NCBI GenBank assembly: GCA_017626305.1 | Contig: JAGAIW010000181.1 | Coordinates: 4,283-68,282 of the forward strand | Origin: Clostridia bacterium | GTDB taxonomy: Bacteria > Bacillota > Clostridia > Christensenellales > Borkfalkiaceae | Reading direction: 5' to 3' | DNA: 64,000 nucleotides | Part shown: one piece after another, positions 8,840-19,211 of the stretch | Layout of the letters: each line of letters begins with the position of its first letter | Numbering within the stretch: position 1 is the stretch's first letter | Translations under genes and position numbers: made by a program | Notes under the pieces: model-generated | The model's input: the letters and a program-made list of their open reading frames with translations, nothing else | Told to the model about the DNA's origin: nothing | Databases searched by the model: none

Positions 8840-11800
8840 ATGAAGTTTAAGAAACGTTTGGTTGGCTTAATGCTTGCAACCGCTCTCACGACGTTTACCT
8901 TTGCATTGTCGTCTTGCGGTGGAGAAGAAAACCAGTCAAGTTCGACATCTTCCGAAAGCACTACGTCGGAAACGGTAACCTTCGAGAAAACGGGCGAGTA
9001 TTATTGCAGTACGGGCAGCGCGGAATATACGTTGACCATTAACGAAGCGGATTGCAGCTTGGTTATGGGCGAAACGACGCTGACCGGTACGTACTCAAAA
9101 GACGGAGATACGATTAAAATCGTCTTTTCCGATGGTTCGCTTGGCTCGGTTACGGTGGACGGTACGGTTTTAACCTTGAAAAAAGGGGAAGAAACGTATA
9201 CCTTCTATGAAAATATCGAACATACCGTAACGTACGAAACGAATGGTGGTTCTGCCGTAGCGGCGACAACGGTCGTCAACGGTAAGGTGACGGCGAAACC
9301 CGCTGATCCTACGAAAGACGGACATTGGTTTATCGGCTGGTATGCCGACGAAGATTTCAAAGCTTTATATGACTTTGATAATCCCGTTATGGCAAATACT
9401 ACGCTGTATGCACGCTTTGTCGAAGATTTAGGGAAAACGGAATTCTCCGTTAATTTCGTAGTCGACGGAGCAGCGGCGTTCGAGCCCGTAGAAACGAAGA
9501 ACGGCGTTGTATTCAACACCGAACTTCCCACGCCCGAAAAGGACGGCAAGGTATTTGCAGGTTGGTGGGTAAGTAACTACGGTGACGAAAATAAGCTTAC
9601 ATATAAATATAATGAAGACAAGCTTGGCGAAGACACCACGCTTTTTGCCGTTTGGGAAGATGCTGAAAACCTGAACGTTTCCGTAAAATCTACGGGTATT
9701 TCGTGGAGCAACGTCGGCGTCAACAGTATTTATAAATACGTCATTAAAAATGCAAGCGGTGCTACCGTTTACATGGGTACGCCTACGCCTGAAACGAGCG
9801 AAGCGTTTGATTTCAGCCAGTTTGCGGCGGGTGAATATACCGTAGAAGTTTCCGTCAGCGGCACGAACGTTAAGCAGACGGCGTATTACAAAAATAAAGC
9901 GCTTGCTAAGGTTAGCAAGTTTGAAATTTCTGCCGACCGCGTTTTGACCTTCAACGCTATCGATAACGCAACGAAGTATATCGTTACGGTAGATTGCGGC
10001 GACGAAAACCACACGCATACGTCGGTGGAAGTGACCACTCCTGCATTCGACTTTGCAAACTGCGCAATGCAAGAAGAAGGTATCAAGTTTAGCGTAAAGG
10101 CAGTAGCTGACGGCTATATGGATTCCCTTGTAGCAGAACACAGCTTTGAAGCTCGTCTTGCGGAAGTGACGAATCTCGTAATCAATCAAGATACGGAAAT
10201 CGTGACATGGGACGCGGTAGAAAATGCAGAAGGCTACGTTGTAGAAATCTTCGACGACGGCACGTCGCTTGGTAAGAAGACGGTTAGCGAAACGACCGTT
10301 TCGCTCAGAGGATTGTCGGGTAACTTGGAAGTAAAGGTATATCCCGTTGCAAGAGCGTATAATTCTTCTGAATTGAAGGTAGCTACGTTCAACAATACAA
10401 GACTGGCGATTCCTATGGACGTTAAGCTTGAAGGACATTCCGTTACTTGGACTGCCGTTGATAACGCTACGGGCTATAAGCTTACGATCGGCGGACAAGA
10501 ATACACCGTTTCGACGAATAAGCTTGATTTAGAAGACGAGCATTTCATCAACAACGTTTCGGAAATCTACGTACAGGCACTTTGCGCCGACGAAACGAAG
10601 ACTTCCTTGAAATCTGATTTGTTTACCGTTCGTTCGGATAACGTCATGTCGGATACGCTTGTTTATAACAACGGCGAAATCTCGTGGGATGCCGTTCTCG
10701 TTGCTGCGAAATACGGTATTATCGTAGGCGACGGTGAAGAATATTTCGTAAACGACGCCAACAAAGCGGCGGTTGTATTTACGCAAAAGGGCGACGTCGT
10801 TATCAAGGTTCGTTGCTATAACGCGCAAGGCGAAACGTCCGAATGGGTAAGTAAAACGGTTAAAGTATACGAAGTCGTTCTCGAAGCGGAAGGCGGGGTT
10901 TCCGTGGCTTCCGATTATAAGGCGGAAGGGGACGTTTACACGTTGCCTGAAACGACGAGAACGGGTTACAAATTTGTCGGTTGGTACGATATCCCCAACG
11001 GCGTAACGACGGGCAATAAGCATGAAAATACGTTTACCTTTGGTAAAGCAGACTTGACGTTGTATGCAGGTTGGACTTCCGAAAATTATACCGTTACGTT
11101 AAATCTTGGCGATAACGGCATACTTGCTGAAACGACGGCAACGGTCGCTTTCAACCAAGACTTCAAATTGGCTGTACCTAAGTCTAAGGACGCAACCAAG
11201 ATTTTCGCAGGTTGGAGAACGCAACCTAACGGTCAAGGGGTAGAATATACCGATTTGAACGGTGATTCTAAGGTAAAATGGTTGCATAGCGATAATGAAA
11301 CCGTTTTGTACGCAAGCTGGTATAGCATCTTTAACTTTACTGAAATTAAGTTGGGTGAAGAAACCGGTTGGGCAGTAACGAAGGCGAACGGTATTTACTA
11401 CGTTGATACCGTAGAAATCCCCGCCGTTTACGACGGACTTCCCGTATTGTCGGTAGACACTAGCGCGTTTAAAGGTTGCACAAACTTGAAGACAATCCGT
11501 ATTCCCGACACCATTCGCTACGTCGCAATGGGTACGGACGGCGGTAGCACGACGGGTTCGGCGTTCGAAGGCTGTACGATGCTTGAACAAGTAGTCGTAT
11601 ATTGTGTAGACGGTGCTGCGCACGACGAGCACGACGTCGTTTATGAGTCGGACGCGTCGGGTGCGTTGTTCCGCTATACGGAAACGAATAAGGAAATCGT
11701 ATACCTGCCTATGACGGCTACGGGTACGTATTACATTCCCGAAGGCGTAACGTCTATTCCTTTCGGTGCGTTCCGTAACGCAAAACTGACGAAAATCAGC

Positions 11801-14800
11801 ATTCCTGCGTCGGTAACGAATATCGCATCGGCTGCATTCGCGGATTGCTATTATCTTACCGATCTTGAATTCCGCGCGGCGGAAGACGGGCAATCTGAGA
11901 AAGCGTTGACGATTGATATGGCGTTTGAAGGCTGTATGAGTTTAGAAGAACTTACGCTTCCTGCACGTCTTGTTAATTTGAACTTCGATATCTTCTCTGA
12001 TTGCGATTTAACGAAGATTAAAATTACGGGCAATGCAGTAGATAATGCCACAAGTGCGGCGTATTACGATATTGACGGCGTGCTTTGTCAAGGTGACGCA
12101 ATCGTTTATGTACCAAAGGGCAGAGCGGGTGCGTATACCATTCCTAGCGTTATTAAAACGATTGGTCAAGAAGCGTTTGCAAGATGCGTAAGTTTAACGA
12201 AAGTCGTTATTCCTGGACACGTAACGTTGATTGAGAAAAATGCATTCTTGAATTGTACAGGGATAACCTCGGTCGTATTCCAAGGCGACACAGACTCTCC
12301 TGATTTAACCATTCAAGCATCGGCGTTCTATTACTGTCGTGAATTAACGTCAGTTACGTTGCCTGAAAATCTTACTTATTTGGCGAAGAACGCGTTTGGT
12401 AAAACGACAAAATTGACGGAAGTTATTCTTAACGTTGGAGAAAATGCGACATTAGAGACTGGCGCATTTGCTGATAACAATGAAACCTACTATGTAGTTG
12501 AGTTGTATCTCGGTGCAAACGTTAAAGACGTTGATATTGCATCCGTATTTGGTTCGCAGAAGCTTTCGCGCGTATACGTTGACGCTGGAAATACAAATTA
12601 TTCTGACGTTGACGGGGTCTTGTTCAATAAAGAAGCGACGAAGATTGTGTACTTCCCGCTTGCACGTGGTGGACACTACGACGTGCCTGAAGGCGTAACG
12701 GAAATTTCCGCAAATATTTTTAGAAACAAAAAAATCACATCGGTTAGTATTCCTACGTCGGTTAAGGTAATTGATGCTTATGCGTTCTGCAATTCCGCAA
12801 TCTCTTCCGTTGAGTTCAAAAAAGGCGGCACGGAAGCTTTGGTTATTGGAATATCCGCATTTGAAAACACCAAATTAACGGAATTGGAGATCCCTGCCCG
12901 CGTGACAGCGATTGGTGATTATGCGTTTGCAAGATTGACAAAGCTTAACAAATTGACGTTTGAAACGGTAGAGGGTGAGCAAAAAGGTTTGACAATCGGC
13001 GAATACGCTTTTGCTATGTATGACGCAAAAGGACAAGGGCGATTCCCTGATGACTATAGTATTACAAGCAGCATTGACACGTCTTTGATTACGTCGGTTG
13101 TGCTCCCTGCACGCTTGGATAAAATTGAAGCGTATGCTTTCTATTATTCCGCAATTGAAAATCTCGTTATTCCCGAAGGCGTAGAAACGATTGAAAACTA
13201 CGCGTTTGCGAAGAACGCTTCGCTTAAAACCGTTTCATTGCCTGCTACGTTGACTACGTTAGGCGCAAGAAATGCGGATAATGAACAAGTAAGCATGTAT
13301 GTCTTCGACGCATGTGCTGCGCTTGAAAGCATTACGGTTAGCGGTAGCAATGAAAATTACCTTACCAAAAACGGCGTATTGTATCTTGAAAAAGACGGCG
13401 CGGCAACGGAGCTTTTCTTCTCGCCGAAGAAAAATGTGGGTACGAATGGCGTAGTTGATATTCCTAAGACGGTAACCAAGATTTGGGATAAAGCCTTCTA
13501 TGAAAATAAGGGTATTACGTCTATCACGTTTAGTGACGGTTTGGACGGTGCGTTGGATATCGGTTCAGACGTATTCAGCGGCTGTACGACGTTGGTAAAC
13601 GTGCAGCTTCCTTACGGGGTTTCCAAGATTGGTACGCAAATGTTCTATAACTGTTCCGCATTGCAATCCATCGAAGTCCCCGCAAGTGTTTCGCTTATTG
13701 AAGTAAACGCATTCGCAGGTTGTAAAAATCTGTCGTCGTTGACGTTTGCCGAAACGCCGCAGGGTAAAGAAGAAGTCGCGCTTGAACTGGCTGATTGGTA
13801 TCAGACTGCGCTGAAAAACGGCACGCTCACGACGTATGTAGATAATTATGTGTTCAAGGATTGTGCCAAATTGACGTCGATTGATCTTCCTTCGAGAACG
13901 ACGAAGATTGGTTCGTATGCGTTCTGGAAAACGAATATTACGTCGATTAGTATTCCCGAAGACGTTACGTCTATCGGTGAAAGCGCATTTGCTGCGGCGC
14001 CCAAATTGCAAACGGTGGTGTTTGACGGCAACGGCGTAACTGAAATTCCCAAGAAAGCATTTGAAAACTGCTATGCGTTGACGAATATCAGCATTCCCGC
14101 TTCCGTCAAGTCGATCGGTGAAAGAGCGTTCGTCGGCTGTAATGCGCTTACGTCAGTTACCTTTGCGGAAGGCTTGGAAACGATTGCGCAGCAAGCGTTC
14201 TATAAAGTTCCGTTGCAGACGCTTTCCTTGCCCGCGTCTCTTACGACGATTGGTGACAGCGCGTTTATGTACGGTCAGTTTGCGACGATTAGCTTCGCAG
14301 CAAATTCCAAGCTTGCAACTATTGAAGCCACGGCTTTTGCAGGCAACGAAGCCTTGACGACTGTTATTATCCCTGCGTCTGTTAAGACGATTGGGTTGGA
14401 AGCGTTTGACTCCTGTTCCGCATTGTCGAGTGTGACGTTTGGTGAAAATAGCGTGCTGGAAGAAATCAAAGACTACGCGTTTGCGGGTTCTGCCCTTACG
14501 ACGTTTGCCTTCCCTGAATCGACGGCTACGCTTTTGCTTGGCAAAGGCTTGTTTGCGGATTGTACGCAATTGGGAACGTTGCACCTTTCGGGGGCAGTCA
14601 ACGAATTTACGGGCGTTTTGGAAGCTTGCACGTCTATAAAATCCATAACGGTATCCGAAACCAGTACGTTATATTCGGCTTCGGCTGGTAGCCCGATTTT
14701 GTACAGCAAGGATAAAAAGATTATTTACTACGTATTCGGTACTTTGGAAGGCGAAGTCGTTCTTGACGCTAATGTTACCAAAATTGACGAAATGGCATTC

Positions 14801-17800
14801 AAAGATCAAACGGGTATTACGTCAGTAACGATTAAAGACAAGGTAGTGGAAATTGGCGAAAGCGCGTTTGAAGGCTGTACCAATCTCGCAACGCTGACTT
14901 TCGACGTTGTAGAAGGCACGGAATTTGCGTTGACGACGATTGGCGAAAAAGCCTTCTACGGTACGGCAATCACGTCGCTTACTATTCCTAAGAACGTAAC
15001 GACGATCGGTAAAGAAGCGTTTAAGAACTGTAAATCGCTGACGACCTTGACGTTGAATAGCGCGTTGGAAACGGTTGGCGCAGGCGCATTCTATACCAAT
15101 ACGGCTCTCGCAAACCTTACACTTCCCGAAGGACTTACTATAATCGGGGAAAGTATGTTCTACGGCTCTGCTTTGACTTCCGTTACCATTCCTGCGTCCG
15201 TGAAGACAATCGGTAAACAGGCGTTCTACACCAGTAAATCGCTTGCGACGATTGATTTTGCGCCTAACGCGCAAGTTGAAGAAATCGGCGACTTTGCCTT
15301 TGCGAGTACGGCAATTACAAGTATGACGATTCCTAACACGGCGACGACGCTGGGCAAGTCTGTTTTCCAAGAATGTAAGAGTTTGACGAGCGTAACGTTG
15401 CCCGAAGGTATCGAAAAGATTCCCGATACGTTCTTCAAGAATTCGGGCCTTACTGCGTATGAAATTCCGAGCACGGTTAAAACGCTTGGCGCGAACGTCT
15501 TCTATGGCACGGCGTTGAAGTCGATTACCATTCCGGAAACGATTAAAGTAATTCCTGACAGCGCATTCTATGGTTGTAAGAGCCTTGTTACGGTTGATCT
15601 TCCCGCAGGCTTAACGGAAATAAAAGATAAAGCGTTCTACAATTGTACGACACTTAAAAACGTAAACTTTTCTACTGAGGCTACGGCTACGGAAAGGAAG
15701 CTGGGCGCTAACGTGTTCTACGGTTGTACGTCGCTTGTATCTATCACGTTACCTTCCAACCTGACGGAGATTGGCGCTTCGACCTTCTCAGGTTGTACGA
15801 AGCTTGCTTCTATCAATATTCCCGAAAGCGTAAAGAAACTTGGCAACAAAGTATTCGAAAAGTGTACGGCGTTAACGTCGGCAACGCTCGGCGGTGAGGC
15901 ATTGAAGTCTATCGGTACGGATATGTTCTATAACTGTAAGCTTTTGGCAACGGTCGTGCTCCGTGAAGGCTTGACTATGCTCGGAGAAGAAATGTTCGGG
16001 CAATCGACGGCAACTTACAGCTGTCAAAAACTGAAAACTATCAATTTCCCTTCGACGTTGACTTCTATTCCTAAAATGGCGTTCATGAATACCATCTTAA
16101 CGAGCGTCGATTTGTCGGGGACGAAGGTCACTTCGATTGGAGAGAAAGCGTTTGCCGCTTCTTCTACTACGTATGCAAAGCTTACGACGTTGAAATTGAA
16201 TCAAATTTGCACGTCTATTGGAGCGAATGCATTTGAAAAGCAGGGCTTGAACGGTACGTTAGACCTTTCCAAGGTAACTACGCTGGGCGCGTCTGCGTTT
16301 GCGTCGTGTACTTCTCTTGACGGCGTCGTTCTTGGCTCGACTTTGAGCTCGGTTGGCGGTAGCGCATTCAAAGGCTGTACGTCGCTTAGTAGTCTTACTC
16401 TTCCCGAAGGCTTTAATCTGACGGGTAAAGTCGGTACTGCGGATAACGGTTCGTTAATGTTTAACAATTGTACGGCGCTTGTTAACGTTACCTTCCCCAA
16501 ATCCATGACGAACGTTCCTGCGTCAATGTTTAATGGGTGTACGAAGCTTGTTCCGTCTACGTTGGAAAACGTAGTTTCGATTAGTTCTACGGCGTTTAAG
16601 GGCTGTAAGGCTATTACGACGGCTAACCTTGTGAATGCAGCGACGATAGGTGACGCGGCGTTTGAAGGTTGTACGGCGCTTGCAAACGTAACCCTTTGCG
16701 ATAAGCTGACTTCGCTTTATGCTACCTTCTCCGGTTGTACCGCACTTACGGAAATCAGTTTACCGAACAGCCTTACCGTGCTTTACGACGACGTATTTAG
16801 AAAGACGGGCTTGAAGAGTATTGATATGTCTAACACGCAAATTACGCAGTTTGCATATTACGGCTCCAATCCGCTGTTGAGTTCTACTTACACGTTTGGA
16901 GAATGTGAACAATTAACAGAAGTCAAATTACCTAAGGCGTTGGAACTCATTGGTCAAGCGGCGTTTAAAGATTGTACGGCGTTGACGAAGATTCAACTTC
17001 CCGATACCGTAACGACGATTGGCGATAATGCGTTCAACGGCGCGGCGCTTTCGGGTACTATGACGTTGCCTGCTAACCTTGCTGAATTAGGTAAAAATGT
17101 TTTTGCTGGCTGCAATATCCGTGAATTTGGCGTTGCGTCCGCAAATGAGAAATTTGCCACGATTGGTGGTTGGTTGTTGGATGCTGAAAACGTGGTAGTG
17201 GCTATATCGACGAAGACGTTGGAAGACGGTGTATTGACAATTCCCGAGGGCGTCGCGGCATTCCCTGCTGCTCCTGGCAAATCGACTGCGTTGCTTAACA
17301 AGTTTGATGGGATTGAAGAAGTCATCATTCCTTCGACAATGTCTAAGATACCCAAGTATATGTTTGCTGGTATGACAAGCTTGACGACTGTTCGTATTCC
17401 TGAAAATATCTTGCGTATTGAAACGGATGCGTTTAGCGGCTGTTCGGCTCTTGTAAATCTTTCGTTTGACGAAGGTGAAAATGAATTGGTATTCGGTAAT
17501 GAAGAAAGTGGCGGAGCAACACCTGGTAGTTATTTCTATCAATGTACGGCGTTGGAAAGTGTAACGCTGCCCAACCGAATCAAGGTTCTCGGTAGAACGG
17601 CTTTCAGCAACTGTACTAATTTGAGCAACGTCGTTTTGCCTGATTCGTTGGTGGAAATCGGAGATGACGCTTTCTTGAAGACTGCACTTACTACGATTGA
17701 CTTAAAGAACGTGGAAATTATCGGCGAAGGTGCGTTTGAAAACCTGGGTCTTACCGCTTTGACGCTTCCCGCTTCGGTGAAAACCGTTAAATCGGACGCG

Positions 17801-18946
17801 TTTAAGGGCTTGAAGATTACAGAGCTCACCATTCCCACTACGGTGGAAACTTGGGGTTCGAACATATTTGTCGGTTGTAAGCAATTGACGGATATTACCC
17901 TTCCCGAAGGTATTACCAACCTTGGCTTCGGTATGTTCCAAAATTGTACAGCCTTAGAGCAAGTGACTCTTCCTTCTACGTTAAAGCATCTCAATGCGTC
18001 GTTGTTCAGCGGCTGTACGGGCTTTACTTCGTTTAATATTCCAGAAGGTATTGAAATCCTTGGTGACCCGACGACGTGGGTCGTAGGGGAAGCAAACGTA
18101 CAAGGCGTAAAGAGCAATCAAGCGGCATCCGTATTTAGTGGCTGTACGAACCTTACTTCGGTAACGTTGCCTAGTACGCTTAAAGTAATCGGTGACAAAG
18201 CCTTTAACGGTTGCTCGAAGCTTACCAGTATCGTTATTCCCGAAACGGTTGAATACATTGGCTCGCAAGTATTTGCAGGTACGAAAATTTCTTCCATCAC
18301 GGTTACGAATCCCGACGTCGTGCTGTATGGTGCGTTTAACGGTATGAAAGAGCTTACCACGGTAGCTTTGCCTAATGAGATGACGAATATCGGTTACGAC
18401 ACGTTTAACGGGTGTACCAAGCTTGCAAGTATTACGTTGCCGACAAGTATTACGACGGCTCAAGTGGTTTATAGAAGTAGTAACGGTAGTTCGCTCATAA
18501 CGAGCGAAGGACAGAACTTTATGGGCTGTACCGCTTTGACGTCTATCGTCATTCCTGGAACAATGCAAAAAGTGCCTGCAAGCATGTTTAAGAACTGTAC
18601 CGAACTTGCTAACGTGGTACTTTCGGAAGGCGTAAAAATAATCGCTAAAGACGTATTCTACGGTTGTACGGCGTTGGAGACGGTAGATATTCCTTTGACC
18701 TTAGATGAGATTGGATCGCAGGCATTCTATAACTGTAAGAATATTCAGACGCTTACGTTGCCTAAGCTTTCCTACGTTGCTGAGAAGGCGTTCTACTATT
18801 GGACGGCTACGCAGACAATTAATACGGCTGCAAATGAACGTTATGTTCTGAAAAACTGGAATTATACGAATAGCTATAGCGCTTGGGATACTTCCTGTGC
18901 GGCAGTTATTAACTACGGATACAAGCCTGCTGCGGAAGAACCCTAA
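8840..18946 (+). CDS. giant surface lipoprotein: Flg_new (Listeria-Bacteroides) repeats + Fn3-like modules + very long BspA-type leucine-rich-repeat (LRR_5) array
   Basis: Uninterrupted 10,107-nt ORF (3368 aa) with AAGGAGG SD 5 nt upstream. Signal peptide and lipobox (MKFKKRLVGLMLATALTTFTFALSS|CGG). Flg_new signatures include HTVTYETNGGS...GHWFIGWYADEDF...LYARF, KVFAGWW, GYKFVGWYD and KIFAGWRT. Five W..V..A..Y modules are present (ISWSNV..YKYVI, LTFNAIDNATKYIV, VTWDAVENAEGYVV, VTWTAVDNATGYKL, ISWDAVLVAAKYGI). The rest follows the ..IP.SVT.IG..AF..C..L pattern. Confidence 0.9.
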   Translation: MKFKKRLVGLMLATALTTFTFALSSCGGEENQSSSTSSESTTSETVTFEKTGEYYCSTGSAEYTLTINEADCSLVMGETTLTGTYSKDGDTIKIVFSDGSLGSVTVDGTVLTLKKGEETYTFYENIEHTVTYETNGGSAVAATTVVNGKVTAKPADPTKDGHWFIGWYADEDFKALYDFDNPVMANTTLYARFVEDLGKTEFSVNFVVDGAAAFEPVETKNGVVFNTELPTPEKDGKVFAGWWVSNYGDENKLTYKYNEDKLGEDTTLFAVWEDAENLNVSVKSTGISWSNVGVNSIYKYVIKNASGATVYMGTPTPETSEAFDFSQFAAGEYTVEVSVSGTNVKQTAYYKNKALAKVSKFEISADRVLTFNAIDNATKYIVTVDCGDENHTHTSVEVTTPAFDFANCAMQEEGIKFSVKAVADGYMDSLVAEHSFEARLAEVTNLVINQDTEIVTWDAVENAEGYVVEIFDDGTSLGKKTVSETTVSLRGLSGNLEVKVYPVARAYNSSELKVATFNNTRLAIPMDVKLEGHSVTWTAVDNATGYKLTIGGQEYTVSTNKLDLEDEHFINNVSEIYVQALCADETKTSLKSDLFTVRSDNVMSDTLVYNNGEISWDAVLVAAKYGIIVGDGEEYFVNDANKAAVVFTQKGDVVIKVRCYNAQGETSEWVSKTVKVYEVVLEAEGGVSVASDYKAEGDVYTLPETTRTGYKFVGWYDIPNGVTTGNKHENTFTFGKADLTLYAGWTSENYTVTLNLGDNGILAETTATVAFNQDFKLAVPKSKDATKIFAGWRTQPNGQGVEYTDLNGDSKVKWLHSDNETVLYASWYSIFNFTEIKLGEETGWAVTKANGIYYVDTVEIPAVYDGLPVLSVDTSAFKGCTNLKTIRIPDTIRYVAMGTDGGSTTGSAFEGCTMLEQVVVYCVDGAAHDEHDVVYESDASGALFRYTETNKEIVYLPMTATGTYYIPEGVTSIPFGAFRNAKLTKISIPASVTNIASAAFADCYYLTDLEFRAAEDGQSEKALTIDMAFEGCMSLEELTLPARLVNLNFDIFSDCDLTKIKITGNAVDNATSAAYYDIDGVLCQGDAIVYVPKGRAGAYTIPSVIKTIGQEAFARCVSLTKVVIPGHVTLIEKNAFLNCTGITSVVFQGDTDSPDLTIQASAFYYCRELTSVTLPENLTYLAKNAFGKTTKLTEVILNVGENATLETGAFADNNETYYVVELYLGANVKDVDIASVFGSQKLSRVYVDAGNTNYSDVDGVLFNKEATKIVYFPLARGGHYDVPEGVTEISANIFRNKKITSVSIPTSVKVIDAYAFCNSAISSVEFKKGGTEALVIGISAFENTKLTELEIPARVTAIGDYAFARLTKLNKLTFETVEGEQKGLTIGEYAFAMYDAKGQGRFPDDYSITSSIDTSLITSVVLPARLDKIEAYAFYYSAIENLVIPEGVETIENYAFAKNASLKTVSLPATLTTLGARNADNEQVSMYVFDACAALESITVSGSNENYLTKNGVLYLEKDGAATELFFSPKKNVGTNGVVDIPKTVTKIWDKAFYENKGITSITFSDGLDGALDIGSDVFSGCTTLVNVQLPYGVSKIGTQMFYNCSALQSIEVPASVSLIEVNAFAGCKNLSSLTFAETPQGKEEVALELADWYQTALKNGTLTTYVDNYVFKDCAKLTSIDLPSRTTKIGSYAFWKTNITSISIPEDVTSIGESAFAAAPKLQTVVFDGNGVTEIPKKAFENCYALTNISIPASVKSIGERAFVGCNALTSVTFAEGLETIAQQAFYKVPLQTLSLPASLTTIGDSAFMYGQFATISFAANSKLATIEATAFAGNEALTTVIIPASVKTIGLEAFDSCSALSSVTFGENSVLEEIKDYAFAGSALTTFAFPESTATLLLGKGLFADCTQLGTLHLSGAVNEFTGVLEACTSIKSITVSETSTLYSASAGSPILYSKDKKIIYYVFGTLEGEVVLDANVTKIDEMAFKDQTGITSVTIKDKVVEIGESAFEGCTNLATLTFDVVEGTEFALTTIGEKAFYGTAITSLTIPKNVTTIGKEAFKNCKSLTTLTLNSALETVGAGAFYTNTALANLTLPEGLTIIGESMFYGSALTSVTIPASVKTIGKQAFYTSKSLATIDFAPNAQVEEIGDFAFASTAITSMTIPNTATTLGKSVFQECKSLTSVTLPEGIEKIPDTFFKNSGLTAYEIPSTVKTLGANVFYGTALKSITIPETIKVIPDSAFYGCKSLVTVDLPAGLTEIKDKAFYNCTTLKNVNFSTEATATERKLGANVFYGCTSLVSITLPSNLTEIGASTFSGCTKLASINIPESVKKLGNKVFEKCTALTSATLGGEALKSIGTDMFYNCKLLATVVLREGLTMLGEEMFGQSTATYSCQKLKTINFPSTLTSIPKMAFMNTILTSVDLSGTKVTSIGEKAFAASSTTYAKLTTLKLNQICTSIGANAFEKQGLNGTLDLSKVTTLGASAFASCTSLDGVVLGSTLSSVGGSAFKGCTSLSSLTLPEGFNLTGKVGTADNGSLMFNNCTALVNVTFPKSMTNVPASMFNGCTKLVPSTLENVVSISSTAFKGCKAITTANLVNAATIGDAAFEGCTALANVTLCDKLTSLYATFSGCTALTEISLPNSLTVLYDDVFRKTGLKSIDMSNTQITQFAYYGSNPLLSSTYTFGECEQLTEVKLPKALELIGQAAFKDCTALTKIQLPDTVTTIGDNAFNGAALSGTMTLPANLAELGKNVFAGCNIREFGVASANEKFATIGGWLLDAENVVVAISTKTLEDGVLTIPEGVAAFPAAPGKSTALLNKFDGIEEVIIPSTMSKIPKYMFAGMTSLTTVRIPENILRIETDAFSGCSALVNLSFDEGENELVFGNEESGGATPGSYFYQCTALESVTLPNRIKVLGRTAFSNCTNLSNVVLPDSLVEIGDDAFLKTALTTIDLKNVEIIGEGAFENLGLTALTLPASVKTVKSDAFKGLKITELTIPTTVETWGSNIFVGCKQLTDITLPEGITNLGFGMFQNCTALEQVTLPSTLKHLNASLFSGCTGFTSFNIPEGIEILGDPTTWVVGEANVQGVKSNQAASVFSGCTNLTSVTLPSTLKVIGDKAFNGCSKLTSIVIPETVEYIGSQVFAGTKISSITVTNPDVVLYGAFNGMKELTTVALPNEMTNIGYDTFNGCTKLASITLPTSITTAQVVYRSSNGSSLITSEGQNFMGCTALTSIVIPGTMQKVPASMFKNCTELANVVLSEGVKIIAKDVFYGCTALETVDIPLTLDEIGSQAFYNCKNIQTLTLPKLSYVAEKAFYYWTATQTINTAANERYVLKNWNYTNSYSAWDTSCAAVINYGYKPAAEEP
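11411..18805 (+). repeat. coding tandem array of BspA-type LRR units (~22-25 aa each) inside the 3368-aa ORF
   Basis: The unit (I/V)P.(S/G)VT.IG..AF..C..L(T/K)(S/T)(V/I) recurs from VEIPAVYDGLPVLSVDTSAFKGCTNLKTIRIP to LDEIGSQAFYNCKNIQTLTLP. I estimate on the order of 100 units from length divided by unit size; I did not count them. The DNA copies are diverged. Confidence 0.8.
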
Positions 18947-18996
18947 GCATAAACGGCTGACTATCGGTTGAACAACTTCATCTGAAAAGATAAAAC

Positions 18997-19034
18997 TCCG
19001 CCTGCGGTTTATGCCGCAGGCGGACGTTTTGTTT
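18997..19034 (+). terminator. intrinsic terminator after the 3368-aa gene
   Basis: 11-bp GC-rich stem TCCGCCTGCGG (18997-19007) / CCGCAGGCGGA (19014-19024) with a 6-nt loop, followed by CGTTTTGTTT. Confidence 0.8.
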
Positions 19035-19126
19035 ACAAAGGTAACAAATTGCGGTGTTTTGTTAATTCTCTTTCATGATTTTTTTACAAGTTTCGATTTA
19101 TTTTTTTGATTTTGGGCGTAATTCAT

Positions 19127-19155
19127 TTTACATTAAAAAAAAATTATGATATAAT
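19127..19155 (+). promoter_or_regulatory. SigA-type promoter (extended -10) of the MoxR/VWA operon
   Basis: TTTACA (19127-19132), 17 nt, TGaTATAAT (-10 hexamer 19150-19155). Further TATAAT copies at 19155-19160 and 19169-19174 make the exact choice uncertain. Confidence 0.45.
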
Positions 19156-19211
19156 ATAATACGGTGTGTTATAATGCACATTAAAAAATAACTTGTAAAG
19201 GAGAACAAAAA

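Noticed and set aside
8659-8961. 100-aa minus-strand ORF spanning the promoter region and 5' end of the 3368-aa gene.
   Set aside because: It lies in an AT-rich promoter/leader region, overlaps a consensus promoter and the signal-peptide codons of the giant gene, and has an implausible sequence.
9428-10498. 356-aa minus-strand ORF, together with 10529-11023, 11099-11893, 13565-14011, 14822-15370, 17087-17542, 17539-18117 and 17981-18568, all inside the 3368-aa gene.
   Set aside because: These are antisense shadow ORFs of the giant gene. They have Arg-rich, motif-free translations, whereas the sense frame has a clear signal peptide and domain grammar.
17840-17860. GGTTCGAA string reminiscent of a tRNA T-arm.
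   Set aside because: It is inside the 3368-aa coding frame with no acceptor or anticodon stem context. None of the intergenic regions shows a cloverleaf candidate.
11411-18805. The regular ~66-75-bp periodicity could superficially suggest a CRISPR-like or satellite repeat array.
   Set aside because: The periodicity lies entirely within one open reading frame and corresponds to 22-25-aa LRR units. The repeats are diverged, there is no constant repeat/variable spacer structure, and no cas genes are present.
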